A DNA stretch of 64,000 bases from Phycisphaerales bacterium (lineage in GTDB: Bacteria > Planctomycetota > Phycisphaerae > UBA1845 > UTPLA1). A program made the translations under genes and the position numbers. Below, piece by piece: positions 28,449 through 38,688 of this stretch. Every line of letters starts with the position of its first letter. Within the stretch, counting starts at the first letter, position 1. Location of the stretch: NCBI GenBank assembly GCA_020639075.1, contig JACKHI010000001.1, forward strand, positions 2,662,315 through 2,726,314, in the 5' to 3' direction. Under the pieces are notes generated by a model that was not told the origin of the DNA, made no database searches, and was given only the letters and a program-made list of their open reading frames with translations.

Positions 28449-28722
28449 CGGATTCGATTCTATCGCCTGGGGCGAGAGACCGGCACGAGCCTTCTGCGGT
28501 CTCGTCGTCACATAGGTCGTGGTCGTCGTTCCCATAACACTGCCCCATACCGCGTCGGCGCAGCGAATCGCAAACGCCTCGCCGGTTCACCATCTATTGA
28601 GTCGGGTTCCGCCGGTTCGGCGGTAAGGATGAGTCGACGGAAAGATCGAAGCTCGGAACAGCGGCCGGTAATGATCGGCTGCGGGACGCTGCTGTCGCCA
28701 GCGGGTACACTCCGCGGCCTAT

Positions 28723-29706
28723 ATGACCTCAGACGCGATCGGACAATTGTGCGCACTGACGGCGGCGATGACGTGGGCATTGGCGCTGATCTTTTTCAGG
28801 AAGAGCGGCGAGCGCATTCATCCGCTCGCGCTGAATCTCTTCAAGAACGTCGTCGGAATTGTGATGATCCTGATCGCCCTGGTGATCCTGGAAGCACTCG
28901 GCGCAGCGGACTTCGGATTCGACACGTCCAGCGAGGTGGGCTGGCGGCAAACGGCGCCGGCGTCGGACTACTACCTTCTGATCATCAGCGGTTTTCTGGG
29001 CATCGCGATCGCCGATACGCTGCTGTTCAAGTGTCTGAATCTCGTCGGTGTAAGCATGTTCGTGATCGTCGAGTGCACGTACAGCCCGATCACGCTGCTC
29101 GTCGCCTGGTGGGTGCTTGCGGAGAAGATCGAGTGGCCTCACATCGTGGGCGGCATACTGATCCTGATTGCCATCCTGCTGACGGTCAAAGCGCGACCGC
29201 CGGCGGATCGCACGCGACAAGAGATCTTCGTCGGCTTCGTGCTCGGGATTCTCTATATCTTCCTGATGGCGATCGGCATCGTGCTGGCAAAGCCTGTGTT
29301 CACGACGGACCGATTCCCGTTGCTTGAAGCGACGGTGCTTCGCCTGATCGCAGGCACGGTCGCGCTGGCGCTGATGGCGGCGGCCTCGCCGAAGCGAAGG
29401 GAACTATTCGGCGTCTTTCGACCGACGCGGTACTGGAAGTACACGTTCCCCGGGGCGCTGCTCGGCGGCTTTCTGTCGATGGTGTTCTGGATCGCGGGCT
29501 TCAAGTACACGGAAACGGGGATCGCTGCGATATTGAACCAGACGTCCGTCGTGTTCGCGGCGGTCTTCGCAGTCATTTTTCTCCGCGAGCACATTTCGCG
29601 GCGAAAGCTCATTTCCATCGCGCTTGCGTTTGCGGGCGTGCTGCTGGTTCGGCTGGGGCCGTCGCTGTCCCGCCAAATCGAAGCCGTTATGCACAATGCA
29701 CAATGA
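28723..29706 (+). CDS. EamA/DMT-family transporter
   Basis: About ten TM helices in two repeated halves. No hydrophilic domains. Confidence 0.75.
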   Translation: MTSDAIGQLCALTAAMTWALALIFFRKSGERIHPLALNLFKNVVGIVMILIALVILEALGAADFGFDTSSEVGWRQTAPASDYYLLIISGFLGIAIADTLLFKCLNLVGVSMFVIVECTYSPITLLVAWWVLAEKIEWPHIVGGILILIAILLTVKARPPADRTRQEIFVGFVLGILYIFLMAIGIVLAKPVFTTDRFPLLEATVLRLIAGTVALALMAAASPKRRELFGVFRPTRYWKYTFPGALLGGFLSMVFWIAGFKYTETGIAAILNQTSVVFAAVFAVIFLREHISRRKLISIALAFAGVLLVRLGPSLSRQIEAVMHNAQ

Positions 29707-30091
29707 TCTCGCGATTATGTGGATCGCGGCGATGCTCCCACAGGTACACGCCCTGCCAGGTTCCGAGCGAGAGTGAACCATTCACAATCGGAATCGACAG
29801 AGAGGTCGACGTGAGGATCGCCTTGATGTGCGACGGCATGTCGTCGGGGCCCTCGGCGGTATGGGTGTAGAGCCGGTCATTTTCGGGAACGAGTCGATTG
29901 AGCCAGGTCTCGAGATCGCGGCGCGCGGATGGATCGGCGTTTTCCTGGATGGTGAGACTGGCGGACGTATGCCGAACGAAGACGGTGCAGAGACCTTCGA
30001 TGACGTTCGCGCGGCGCACGATGTTGTGAAGTTGCGGCGTGAATTCGCAGAGTCCCTGTTTCGTCGTTCGGATCTGAAGTGTTTCGACCAT
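29687..30091 (-). CDS. YjbQ/UPF0047 family protein (secondary thiamine-phosphate synthase-like)
   Basis: MVETLQIRTTKQGLCEFTPQL...CTVFVRHTSASLTIQENADP...HIKAILTSTSLSIPIVNGSLSLGTWQGVYLWEH matches YjbQ. The ORF's upstream 280 codons overlap the tRNA and look non-coding. Confidence 0.8.
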   Translation of the reverse strand: MVETLQIRTTKQGLCEFTPQLHNIVRRANVIEGLCTVFVRHTSASLTIQENADPSARRDLETWLNRLVPENDRLYTHTAEGPDDMPSHIKAILTSTSLSIPIVNGSLSLGTWQGVYLWEHRRDPHNREIIVHCA

Positions 30092-30507
30092 GGACGAATC
30101 TCCCGGGCGATCGATCAAATTGACACGTGTCTGTATTGCGCGCAACTGCGATCGTTTATTCGACAAAAACATTGTATTTCGCTTGACTCCCAATGACTGC
30201 GGTGTATATTTCCTAATGAAAACGAGGGGCCGGCGCGGTTTCTCTATCGACACAGTTTTGAAAGACTCACTGGGAGCGGTTATCGAGTGACAGGCGTAAG
30301 ACGACAGACCGGAATGCCGACGATGTGGCGAACGCCATGCATCGCAGGGATTGCGCAGTCGTATTCCGCACTGCGCGCGCGATGCATAACCCTCGGTTCG
30401 TTCAGCATTTGCAAAGGCGATTGCCTTAGCGACGCCGTGTTCGGCGCCGGCAAGAACGAAGAGGATTGCGCGAGGACTGGCCCTCCCGAATGAGGTCTTG
30501 GGTGTAT

Positions 30508-30556
30508 TGAACCCCAAAGCCCCGGAAGCGGCCCTCGCTTCCGGGGCTTTTTTTTT
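30508..30556 (+). terminator. Hairpin plus T-run
   Basis: aagccccggaagcg-gccct-cgcttccggggctt followed by TTTTTTTTGG. Confidence 0.45.
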
Positions 30557-30868
30557 GGCCGATGCGGTTCGGGCCGCCGCGGCATGCAGACAAACGTCGA
30601 TTTTGACGTCGCGAGAAACGAAGGGTCTCGCGGCAACGGACATGGTGCGCGCACGCAAGGCGTGCGCGTCTGAGAAATGGAGATTTCGTGATGGTTCGAT
30701 GGACTCGTCAAGCGCGAACGATTGCGGACGAGGACCTGGAGCGCTGGCACATTCGCATCGCTCCTTACACATGGATCGGGGATCAGTCGGTGTACCGCCG
30801 GCGGCGCGCGGGGCGTCAAGTGACTGGTTTCCGCGCGTACCGCGAACGGCTTCAACAGCACCGGTTCG

Positions 30869-30944
30869 CTTGTGGTAGCTCAATGGAAAGAGCATCAGGC
30901 TGAAAACCTGAACGTTGCCGGTTCGAATCCGGCCCACTCCGCCA
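30869..30944 (+). tRNA. tRNA-Phe (GAA) with non-canonical 5' acceptor strand (possibly defective)
   Basis: D-arm GCTC-AATGGAAA-GAGC. Anticodon arm TCAGG-CTGAAAA-CCTGA (anticodon GAA). T-arm GCCGG-TTCGAAT-CCGGC, then CCACTCC-G-CCA. Only 4 of 7 acceptor pairs form (5' CTTGTGG vs 3' CCACTCC). Confidence 0.55.
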
Positions 30945-31435
30945 GGAGCCCGTTTCGACGGGCAAGCCCAGGTCGGGGGAAACCGACCACCAGACTGTCA
31001 CTCTGGCAAGGAACGGGTCGAGGGATCGATTCACTGGATTTGCCGGTCGCACCGGCGAGGCGGTCAGCGTCGAAACATCGACGCGATCGCCAAACCGTTA
31101 CGACACTGTTCGCACGGCTCAGCCGCCGGGTGGATACCGTCGAGACAAACAGGGTCGACCGTCGTCGCTCGCGCAAATCAGGGAACGCGGCGGCGCGGTT
31201 CACGCACTGTCACTGACTCGGCTCAAACCCGGCGCCGCCGATGCGGGCGGGGCCAACCAGCGAATCGCCCCTCGGCCCGAACATTGAAGTGAAATCGCGC
31301 GGCGCCGTTGAGTCGCCGTGCGTAGGCGATAGACGAACGATGGGTGCCAACCATACAAGCACGCCGACGATGGGCGTCGGCCCGGCACCCGTAAATGAAC
31401 AGACAGGTTACGTATTGATGAAGGGAGGTAACCCG

Positions 31436-32566
31436 ATGTTGATGTTCAAAACGTGGCGAATCGGTAAGCACGAACGGGGCCTCTGGTTCCGACATGGAGA
31501 CTTCCAGGGGATTCTGCGCCCGGGGAAGCATCGGTTCTGGAATTGGCCGTTGCTGCGCCGAGCGAACTGGGTACAGACCGTCAACACGCTGGTCACAAAG
31601 TTCGAACACACGCTGCTCGACATGATCGTCCGCGATCCGCGGGCGCGCGACGAACTGCTGGTGCTGGACCTCGGTGACAGCGAGCGGGCGTTCGTCTGGA
31701 AGAACGACCGGCTGGCGTACGTGCTCGAGCCAGGTCGGCACGTGTTCTGGCGCGAGCCGGCTGAGCTCACTGTCGAAACCTACAACGTGAGCGAATTCCG
31801 TTTCGATCACGCGCGGTTGGAGACGATCGTCGGCATGGCGGACGCGCGCAAGCACCTGCTGATCGTCGATGTCGAGCCGCACGAAACCGTGTTGCTGCTG
31901 CGCGACGGACAGATCGTCGACACGCTCGGGGAAGGCCGCTACGCCTACTGGCGCGCGGCCGGTCGACTCGAGGCGCGCAAAGTGGACCGGCGCGAGCAGG
32001 TTCTGGATGTCGCGGGCCAGGAGATCATGACCCACGACAAGGTCACGCTGCGTGTCAACCTGCTGGTGATGTGGAGCGTTACGGATCCGGTCAAGATGGC
32101 GACGCTGGTCAAGGACGCGGACCAGGCGCTGTACCGCGACGCGCAGCTCGCGCTGCGGGCGGCAATCGGAACGCGCAAGCTCGAGACGCTGCTGGCGAAC
32201 AAGGATGCCGTGGGCGACGAGCTGCGCGAGGCGATGGTCAAGCGCGCCGAGCACATGGGGATCGCGATCCACACGGTGGGCCTGAAGGACATCATTCTGC
32301 CGGGCGAGATGAAGGCGATCCTGAACCGCGTCATCGAGGCGGAAAAGCAGGCGGAAGCGAACCTGATTCGTCGACGCGAGGAGACGGCGACGGTCCGCAG
32401 CCAGCTCAACACGGCGAAGCTGATTGCGGAGACGCCGCACCTGGCGCGCGAGCGCGAGCTCGAGCTATTGGGTGAGATTCTCCGCGGAACCAAGGCGACG
32501 ATCGTTCTCGGCCAGGGAGACGTGGCCGAGCAGATCCGCGGAATGGTGAGTAGCCTGGAGAGCTGA
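31436..32566 (+). CDS. SPFH/band-7 (stomatin-prohibitin-like) domain protein
   Basis: TKDKVTLRVNLLVMWSVTDPVKMA...LALRAAIGTRKLETLLANKD...GIAIHTVGLKDIILPGEMKAILNRVIEAEKQAEANLIRRREE. Strong RBS GGGAGGT before ATG 31436. Confidence 0.8.
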   Translation: MLMFKTWRIGKHERGLWFRHGDFQGILRPGKHRFWNWPLLRRANWVQTVNTLVTKFEHTLLDMIVRDPRARDELLVLDLGDSERAFVWKNDRLAYVLEPGRHVFWREPAELTVETYNVSEFRFDHARLETIVGMADARKHLLIVDVEPHETVLLLRDGQIVDTLGEGRYAYWRAAGRLEARKVDRREQVLDVAGQEIMTHDKVTLRVNLLVMWSVTDPVKMATLVKDADQALYRDAQLALRAAIGTRKLETLLANKDAVGDELREAMVKRAEHMGIAIHTVGLKDIILPGEMKAILNRVIEAEKQAEANLIRRREETATVRSQLNTAKLIAETPHLARERELELLGEILRGTKATIVLGQGDVAEQIRGMVSSLES

Positions 32567-33113
32567 AAGATCTGCGAATCGCATTTTGTTTCTCGTTCGG
32601 CGTCGACGCGGGAATGGCGATTCGCACACAGCGAAAATTGTCGTAACTCTCAGCCGGAGAGCTGCGGCAATCGGCCATGGCAACGAGCCGATTGTCGCGA
32701 TTCGAAGTCGTTGCCTGATTGGTATGGAATTGAATCAGAAAGGAGGTGATGCCAGAGCGTGATGGTCGCTGACTGCGCGGCGCCGCGCGGTCGGCGTCCG
32801 TCACGACGCTTTGTTTAGCCGCAACGATCGGGCAATGGCTCGATCGATTCGATCGATTTGCGTACTTATTTGCTGCAGCTTGGGGGCGGTCCACGATGGG
32901 TCGCTCCCATGATGGTCCCAGCGTGATGGCCTCCTCGTGGCGGGACTGGATTCGACAGACATCACGAGAAACCGCGAGCACCCCGTGAGTCGCCGGCTGG
33001 TCGCGCCGGCGCCGCTCTTATATGGCGGTCGCGCAAGAGGTTCGATTCCTCCTCACGGGAGATCAGATCGCATTCGGCTCATCGACTCGATCGGTTCGGA
33101 AGCTACCGTCGTG

Positions 33114-34052
33114 CTACATTGCGGCAGCAAGTTCACGAGGCTTGGCCGGCTCAGACGCCGGTTCGGGCCGCTTCGATTCGGGCTGACACGGACCTTCCGT
33201 CGAAGGTACGTCGATCAACGTCGAATCTGTGAAGAAGTTGGCGCCGTCGAGCAACATCAGGAGTTCCGATTCGTCCTTCAACTGGGCGATGCCCGTAAAG
33301 AGCGCGGACTGTCCGAGCCGATCGGGAAGCGGTTGAATCTGGTCGGGCTGGATTCGCACGACGGAGTCCACGGAGTCAACCTGAACGCCGAGCTGTCGGT
33401 TGTCCGATTCCAGAACAATGATCAGCGGCTTACGCAACGAATGAAGCAATTCGCGAATCTGGCCCAGGAGCGACATCATCGTGCCGAGCTCCTGCTGACT
33501 CGTCTGGTCGATGATCCTGTGCGCGGCGTCCGTATCACCATCGCGCATGAATCGCGTCACTTTGTCGGCGATGGAGTGAATCGTCTTGTGCGGCGTATCG
33601 AGTTGCCCGATCAGCCTGTAAAGCGTGAAGTTCGAGTTCGTGAGTTTCTGAAGGCGCCCTTCATCGGAAACGAGTGCGTCGTACCATTTGCCAAACGCGC
33701 ACTTGTGCGGATCTCGCGCAAGTGTGAACTCGCGGTTCTCATTGACGGAGCGCTTGAGTTCATCGATCCATTTGATGTGATCCTGTTCGCGGGCTTCGAG
33801 GAGTTGGATGATTTCCTTGGTTTCCGCGTCCAGAGAGTTGAGACCGATCATTGTTCGAAGGTCGCGCACAGCAATCACTCTGCCACGCAAGCTGAGCGCC
33901 CCGACGACATGCTCGGGCGTCTGCGGAAGCTGACGGATTTCATGATCACGAGACGGCGTCAGTTCCCGGACCCCCGCGACATGAACGGCATACTTCTGGT
34001 CAGAAAGCGTAAATACGAGCCACTGATTGGACGTTCCGTGCTGCTGAGTCAT
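33114..34052 (-). CDS. CheW-like chemotaxis coupling protein with central CZB (chemoreceptor zinc-binding) domain
   Basis: Two CheW-like domains (QWLVFTLSDQKYAVHVAGVREL...; PLIIVLESDNRQLGVQVDSVDSV...) flank HKCAFGKWYD (H-x3-C-x-F-G-x-W, the CZB zinc motif). Confidence 0.7.
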   Translation of the reverse strand: MTQQHGTSNQWLVFTLSDQKYAVHVAGVRELTPSRDHEIRQLPQTPEHVVGALSLRGRVIAVRDLRTMIGLNSLDAETKEIIQLLEAREQDHIKWIDELKRSVNENREFTLARDPHKCAFGKWYDALVSDEGRLQKLTNSNFTLYRLIGQLDTPHKTIHSIADKVTRFMRDGDTDAAHRIIDQTSQQELGTMMSLLGQIRELLHSLRKPLIIVLESDNRQLGVQVDSVDSVVRIQPDQIQPLPDRLGQSALFTGIAQLKDESELLMLLDGANFFTDSTLIDVPSTEGPCQPESKRPEPASEPAKPRELAAAM

Positions 34053-34272
34053 GGATAACCACCCCTTCTTGTCTTCTATCATCGGATCAACGCGACTCGT
34101 ATCGTTGTACGAACCTCTGGACCGCTGCCGATAATCGATTGGCGAGGGTGTAGAAAAACAGGCCGGCGCCGACAATTTGTTGAGAATTCCGGTAAGGCAA
34201 TAGGCGGATCACTCATGCGGGAATGCTCCAGTCATGGGCTTCGAGGCGGAGCACGGATCAAGGGCCTGTTGC

Positions 34273-35637
34273 ATGACAAAGAGCAACAAGGCCCCAGATT
34301 CATGTCGCCTCGACACTCCGAACGCTAGCGTCACTGGTCGCAAGATCCCATGGGTTCCACTCCTGCCCTATCAAAAGGCGGCGATCGAGCGCAGCGACCG
34401 ATTCACGTGGAACTGCTGGTCCCGGCAGACGGGGAAGAGCTTCACATTCAGTCTTCGCCGCTTGATTCGCGGTCTCCATCGGCGGCGCAATCAGATCATC
34501 CTCTCCGCAGGCGAACGACAGAGCCGCGAAGTCATGCACAAGGTGCGGATGCACTGCCATGCAATGCAGATTCATGCAAGTTGGACCGGCAGTTCGATCA
34601 TGAACGGGGCGACATTCAAATCCCTGGAGGCGACGCTCCCGAACGGGGTGCGAATCCTGGCATTACCCGCCAACCCGATGACGGCGCGTGGGTTCACGGG
34701 CGACGTATTTCTCGACGAGTTTGCAATGCATCGCGACGATGCGGAAATCTGGGCGGCGCTGTTTCCGACGTTATTGCGCGGCGATGGCGAATTGGACGTT
34801 GCATCAACGCCCCGAGGAAAAGGAAACCTGTTCTATCGGATGCGCGACAATCCGCAATTCGCAACGTCGCTCGTGACGCTTCGGGATGCGATCGATCAGG
34901 GGCTCCAGGCGAATGAGAGCGAGTTGCGAGACGGCATCGGCGATGAATTCGCATGGCGACAGGAGTTCTGTTGCGAGTTCCTTGACGAGGCCTATGCGTT
35001 CATGCCGCTGGACATGATCCACAATTGCGAGTCCCGCGATGCATCGGTCGCGATCAACTGGGACCTGTTGCGGCTGCACGGCGTGGAGGTTTTTGTCGGC
35101 ATCGACATCGGTCGGTTTCGCGATCTGACAGCGATCTGGCTATGGCGTCGCGACGGCGCAACGTACACAACGATCGGCGTCGAAACGCTCGAGAACACGC
35201 CGTTTGACGAACAGGAAGCGATGATCGCGGAAGTCCTCTCGCAACGGGCAGTGCGGCGATGTTGCATCGATGCATCGGGAATCGGTCTGCATCTGTCCGA
35301 GCGACTCGTCGAGCGATTCGGCGCCCACAGCGTCGAACCCGTTGTGTTCACGCTCGCGGCAAAGAGCCGTATGGCTTCGACGCTTCGAATTCAGGCCGAG
35401 CGCGGCGCGCTTCAGATTCCAAGCGATCGGGCCATCGTCGAGGACTGGCATTCCGTAACGCGCACGGCGAGCGCAGGCGGCAGCGTTCGTTTCGAGGCGG
35501 ATCGCAACAAGAACGGCCACGCCGATCGATTCTGGGCGGCGGCTCTTGGATTGACCGCGGCCGAGGGATGCGGACCGATGGGCGCGGACTTCGCCACGGA
35601 CGGTCGACTCCGCTTCGGCGGCGCCGGGATCTGGTAG
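34273..35637 (+). CDS. Phage terminase large subunit (Mu gp28-like)
   Basis: PLLPYQKAAIERSDRFTWNCWSRQTGKSF is the Walker-A-like ATPase motif. C-terminal nuclease-like region with conserved acidic residues (DIGRFRD, DASGIG). Lies upstream of the portal gene. Confidence 0.8.
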   Translation: MTKSNKAPDSCRLDTPNASVTGRKIPWVPLLPYQKAAIERSDRFTWNCWSRQTGKSFTFSLRRLIRGLHRRRNQIILSAGERQSREVMHKVRMHCHAMQIHASWTGSSIMNGATFKSLEATLPNGVRILALPANPMTARGFTGDVFLDEFAMHRDDAEIWAALFPTLLRGDGELDVASTPRGKGNLFYRMRDNPQFATSLVTLRDAIDQGLQANESELRDGIGDEFAWRQEFCCEFLDEAYAFMPLDMIHNCESRDASVAINWDLLRLHGVEVFVGIDIGRFRDLTAIWLWRRDGATYTTIGVETLENTPFDEQEAMIAEVLSQRAVRRCCIDASGIGLHLSERLVERFGAHSVEPVVFTLAAKSRMASTLRIQAERGALQIPSDRAIVEDWHSVTRTASAGGSVRFEADRNKNGHADRFWAAALGLTAAEGCGPMGADFATDGRLRFGGAGIW

Positions 35638-35768
35638 CGGCGTACGCGCTCGAAATCACCTCACGAGTGCAATCGCGCCGGGCCGGAACACCGGGCAAGT
35701 TCGGAACAGAGAATTCGCGATTGTCGCGGTGCGACGACCGGACCGCGCCGAAAACAGGGAGCCATGCC

Positions 35769-37091
35769 ATGCAATTCTTCGATCGAATCGTCAATTCGCT
35801 GCGTCGAGCCCGTCCGTCTGTTCCGCGCCCCGGGGTCCTCGTGGGCCGGCAGTCAAATGAGCTCTGGCGCGAGTATCCGGCTGACGGTCTGACGCCGCAG
35901 AAGCTGGTCGCGATCATGCGTGAAGCGGACTCGGGCGATCTGGCCGCCCAGATGGCCCTCTTCGAGCAAATGGAAGAACGCGATGCGCATCTCTTCAGCG
36001 TCGCCAACACGCGGCGGCTTGCGATTACCGGTCTTCCGTGGGAAGTCGTGTCGGCGACGGAGATGCCGGGCTGGCGAAGCGCTCCGATCGGACCGGCCGG
36101 CGACAAATCGTTGGCGGACGAAGCGGCGGCCTTCTGCGATGAGACGTTGCGCGGGCTTTGCGAATTCGACGACGCACTTGCGCATCTGTCGCTGGCGTTT
36201 GGTCGGAACATATCAATCGTCGAGCTCGTCTGGGAACCGGGCGCGGGCGGCGTACGACTTGCCGGTATGGTCCCGATTGCGTTCGACCGGCTCATGATCA
36301 ACGACGCGGGGGAGACGCGGATCCTGACGGACGAGGAGCGATTCAAGGGGATCGCCCTGCCGCCGGACAAGTTCATCGTGCATTCGCCGCACGCGCGGAG
36401 CGGTCATGCGATGCGCGGCGGGCTGTTGCGCGTAACGGCGCTGGCGTACCTCGCGAAGCACTTCGCCATCAAGGACTGGATGATCTTCGCCGAAGTCTTC
36501 GGCATGCCGGTTCGCATCGCGCGATACGCGCCGAATGCGACGGAGCGCGAGAAGCGCGAACTGCTGTCGATGTTGAAGCAGCTCGGAGCGGATGCGACGG
36601 GGATTTTCTCGAAGGCCGTCGATGTCGAGATCGTGCAGTCGCGGCTGCCCGGGGAGACGAATCTCTACGAGAATCTGTGTCTCTACTTCGATCGAGAGAT
36701 CAGCAAGGCGTGGCTCGGGCAGACGCTGACGACGGATACGATCCGGACGCGCGCGAGCGCGGGGGCCGCAGCCGTACACGATCGAGTGCGGCGCGATTTG
36801 CGCGACGACGATCTGCGCCGGGAGTCGGCGACGCTGCGTCGCGATGTCCTGGGGCCATTGACGCGGCTTCGATTCGGCCCCGACGCGCCGGTGCCGCATT
36901 TCCGGAGGATTCCGGATCTGACGCTGGAGCCGGAGCGGCTGGCGGCACTGCTGGACACGGCGGTCAACCGGCTCGGCGCGCGTGTGCCACGGCGATGGGC
37001 GCATGCAGCATTGGGAATACCCGAGGCGAACGCCTCCGAGGAAACCGTGCGGGGGCGAGGTAGCAACCTGTCTGTTCCTCGCACGAATTGA
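35769..37091 (+). CDS. Phage portal protein (DUF935, Mu gp29-like)
   Basis: 440 aa from ATG 35769 (AGGGAG RBS). Conserved DUF935 stretches DLAAQMALFEQMEERDAHLFSVANTRRLAITGLPWEV and AFGRNISIVELVW. Confidence 0.8.
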   Translation: MQFFDRIVNSLRRARPSVPRPGVLVGRQSNELWREYPADGLTPQKLVAIMREADSGDLAAQMALFEQMEERDAHLFSVANTRRLAITGLPWEVVSATEMPGWRSAPIGPAGDKSLADEAAAFCDETLRGLCEFDDALAHLSLAFGRNISIVELVWEPGAGGVRLAGMVPIAFDRLMINDAGETRILTDEERFKGIALPPDKFIVHSPHARSGHAMRGGLLRVTALAYLAKHFAIKDWMIFAEVFGMPVRIARYAPNATEREKRELLSMLKQLGADATGIFSKAVDVEIVQSRLPGETNLYENLCLYFDREISKAWLGQTLTTDTIRTRASAGAAAVHDRVRRDLRDDDLRRESATLRRDVLGPLTRLRFGPDAPVPHFRRIPDLTLEPERLAALLDTAVNRLGARVPRRWAHAALGIPEANASEETVRGRGSNLSVPRTN

Positions 37092-37277
37092 CGGCCGCCG
37101 CCGCCATGAACGGCACGCCTCCGCGACCGACTCGATGGCTTTGACGAAATACCTGCCAATATGCGTACAGAATCCGCGTTGCATCCGGCCTGATTCCAGA
37201 CACTATTGAAACCCGTTGCACGACAAAAGCGATTCTGGTTTCATGGTCATTGTCCGGCGATCAGAAGGACGCACGTC

Positions 37278-38480
37278 ATGGCGAACAGCACGGCCCAGAT
37301 TCCGTACACTTATCCGTCGCATGCGCGGTATCGACAGAAGCGCATTCGAATGCAACGGCTGGGCCCACCTGCGTCCATAGCGATCTCGGCGATCGTCTTC
37401 GCGTTGATTGCCGTTCCCGTCTCACAGGTGATCGCGCCCATGGTCGCGAGCATTTCCAACTGGTATTCAATCCTCGCGGCGAGCTCATTCGTGCTCGTTG
37501 CCTGGATGGCAGTCAGTCTTGCAGTCTCGTACGTGCTCGCCCGCTGCACTTACTACGTGTGTCGATATCGGACGATTTCCATCCCGGTGTCATCGTGCGA
37601 TCACTGTCAATATGACCTTTCGAATAACATCAGTGGCAAATGTCCCGAGTGCGGACATGAGATATCAACGCTTCCAACCGAGGAACTTCGTTCCACTCGA
37701 CTGGGCCGCCGCGCTGTTCGATTTGTCGGGATTGTCTCCGCATTCATGGCTGTTGTCGTTCTCGCGACGCTTGCCGTCGGCTGGATCGGTATACGCTTTG
37801 CATCAGTTATTCCGATGCGCCCCGCGCCGGTCACGGCGCCGGTCGGCCAGCCGTCGCTTGCGACGATTTCCGATTCGCAAGGGACGATTACCGTCGCAGC
37901 GGCGACGACCAAGTCGTCGAGCGGCATTCGAGGCAGTGTTCAGTTCGCCGACGAATCGTCAGCCAGTCCGACTGCCGTCGCGAACTGCGTCGTGTACATC
38001 AGGAATGGTCCTGCGACGGGTGCACCCGCGAACACGACGCCATTTGTTTTCGACCTCGTACCGAACGGATTCAGCACGATGCAGGTGTGCATTCAGGCAG
38101 GTCAGCCGATGATCGTGCGTAACCTCGATAGCGTCGGCCGGCAATTCCAGTCGGGCAGACGTCGCCCTGCCAATCCACCCCAGATGCGCGCACTTCCCCA
38201 ATCCGGAATGCAGTTCACCACAAGCTTCGCAATTCCGGAACGAGACATTGCGATCTTCGATACGATTTATGCGCGGGCGGGTACCGTCCGCATGCACGTG
38301 TTCGGTCATCCGTATTTCACGATGACGGATTCGACGGGGGCGTTTGCCCTTCCGATGCTGCCGGCCGGCACATACGAACTCGTCTGCGAAAGCGAGCGCT
38401 ACGGGCGAGTCACGGGCGACATTGTGGTAACGGATTCTTCGCCGTTGGCCATCGAAGTCGTTTACGATGATCTGCGCTAG
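37278..38480 (+). CDS. Membrane protein with zinc-ribbon and C-terminal carboxypeptidase-regulatory-like beta domain (not a known phage function)
   Basis: Two or three TM helices. CDHCQYDL...CPECGHE zinc ribbon. C-terminal GTYELVCESERYGRVTGDIVVTDSSPLAIEVVY beta-sandwich motif. Confidence 0.5.
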   Translation: MANSTAQIPYTYPSHARYRQKRIRMQRLGPPASIAISAIVFALIAVPVSQVIAPMVASISNWYSILAASSFVLVAWMAVSLAVSYVLARCTYYVCRYRTISIPVSSCDHCQYDLSNNISGKCPECGHEISTLPTEELRSTRLGRRAVRFVGIVSAFMAVVVLATLAVGWIGIRFASVIPMRPAPVTAPVGQPSLATISDSQGTITVAAATTKSSSGIRGSVQFADESSASPTAVANCVVYIRNGPATGAPANTTPFVFDLVPNGFSTMQVCIQAGQPMIVRNLDSVGRQFQSGRRRPANPPQMRALPQSGMQFTTSFAIPERDIAIFDTIYARAGTVRMHVFGHPYFTMTDSTGAFALPMLPAGTYELVCESERYGRVTGDIVVTDSSPLAIEVVYDDLR

Positions 38481-38688
38481 CGATCCCCGCCCCCAAAGCC
38501 AGCAGGAAATCGGGCCATCTTGGGGCTTGCGGGCTTGAAGTATTCCACACATTTAGGTAGTTTGATTCCTGGGCGCCGGGGGGGATCGAGCCTTTCCGGC
38601 AGATTTTCATCGTCAGACGCGGCGGGCCCGCTTTGGCAAACACAATTCAGTCATTACGAACCAAGCGGAAGCGATTCTGGGGAGAATC

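Noticed and set aside
30287-30493. 68-aa ORF preceding the terminator at 30508-30556
   Set aside because: Too short and with no RBS. Kept only as the possible reason for the terminator. Composition is not clearly coding.
30092-30937. N-terminal 280 codons of ORF 29687-30937
   Set aside because: Only the last 135 codons match the YjbQ family. The upstream part overlaps the tRNA-Phe gene antisense and has non-protein-like composition.
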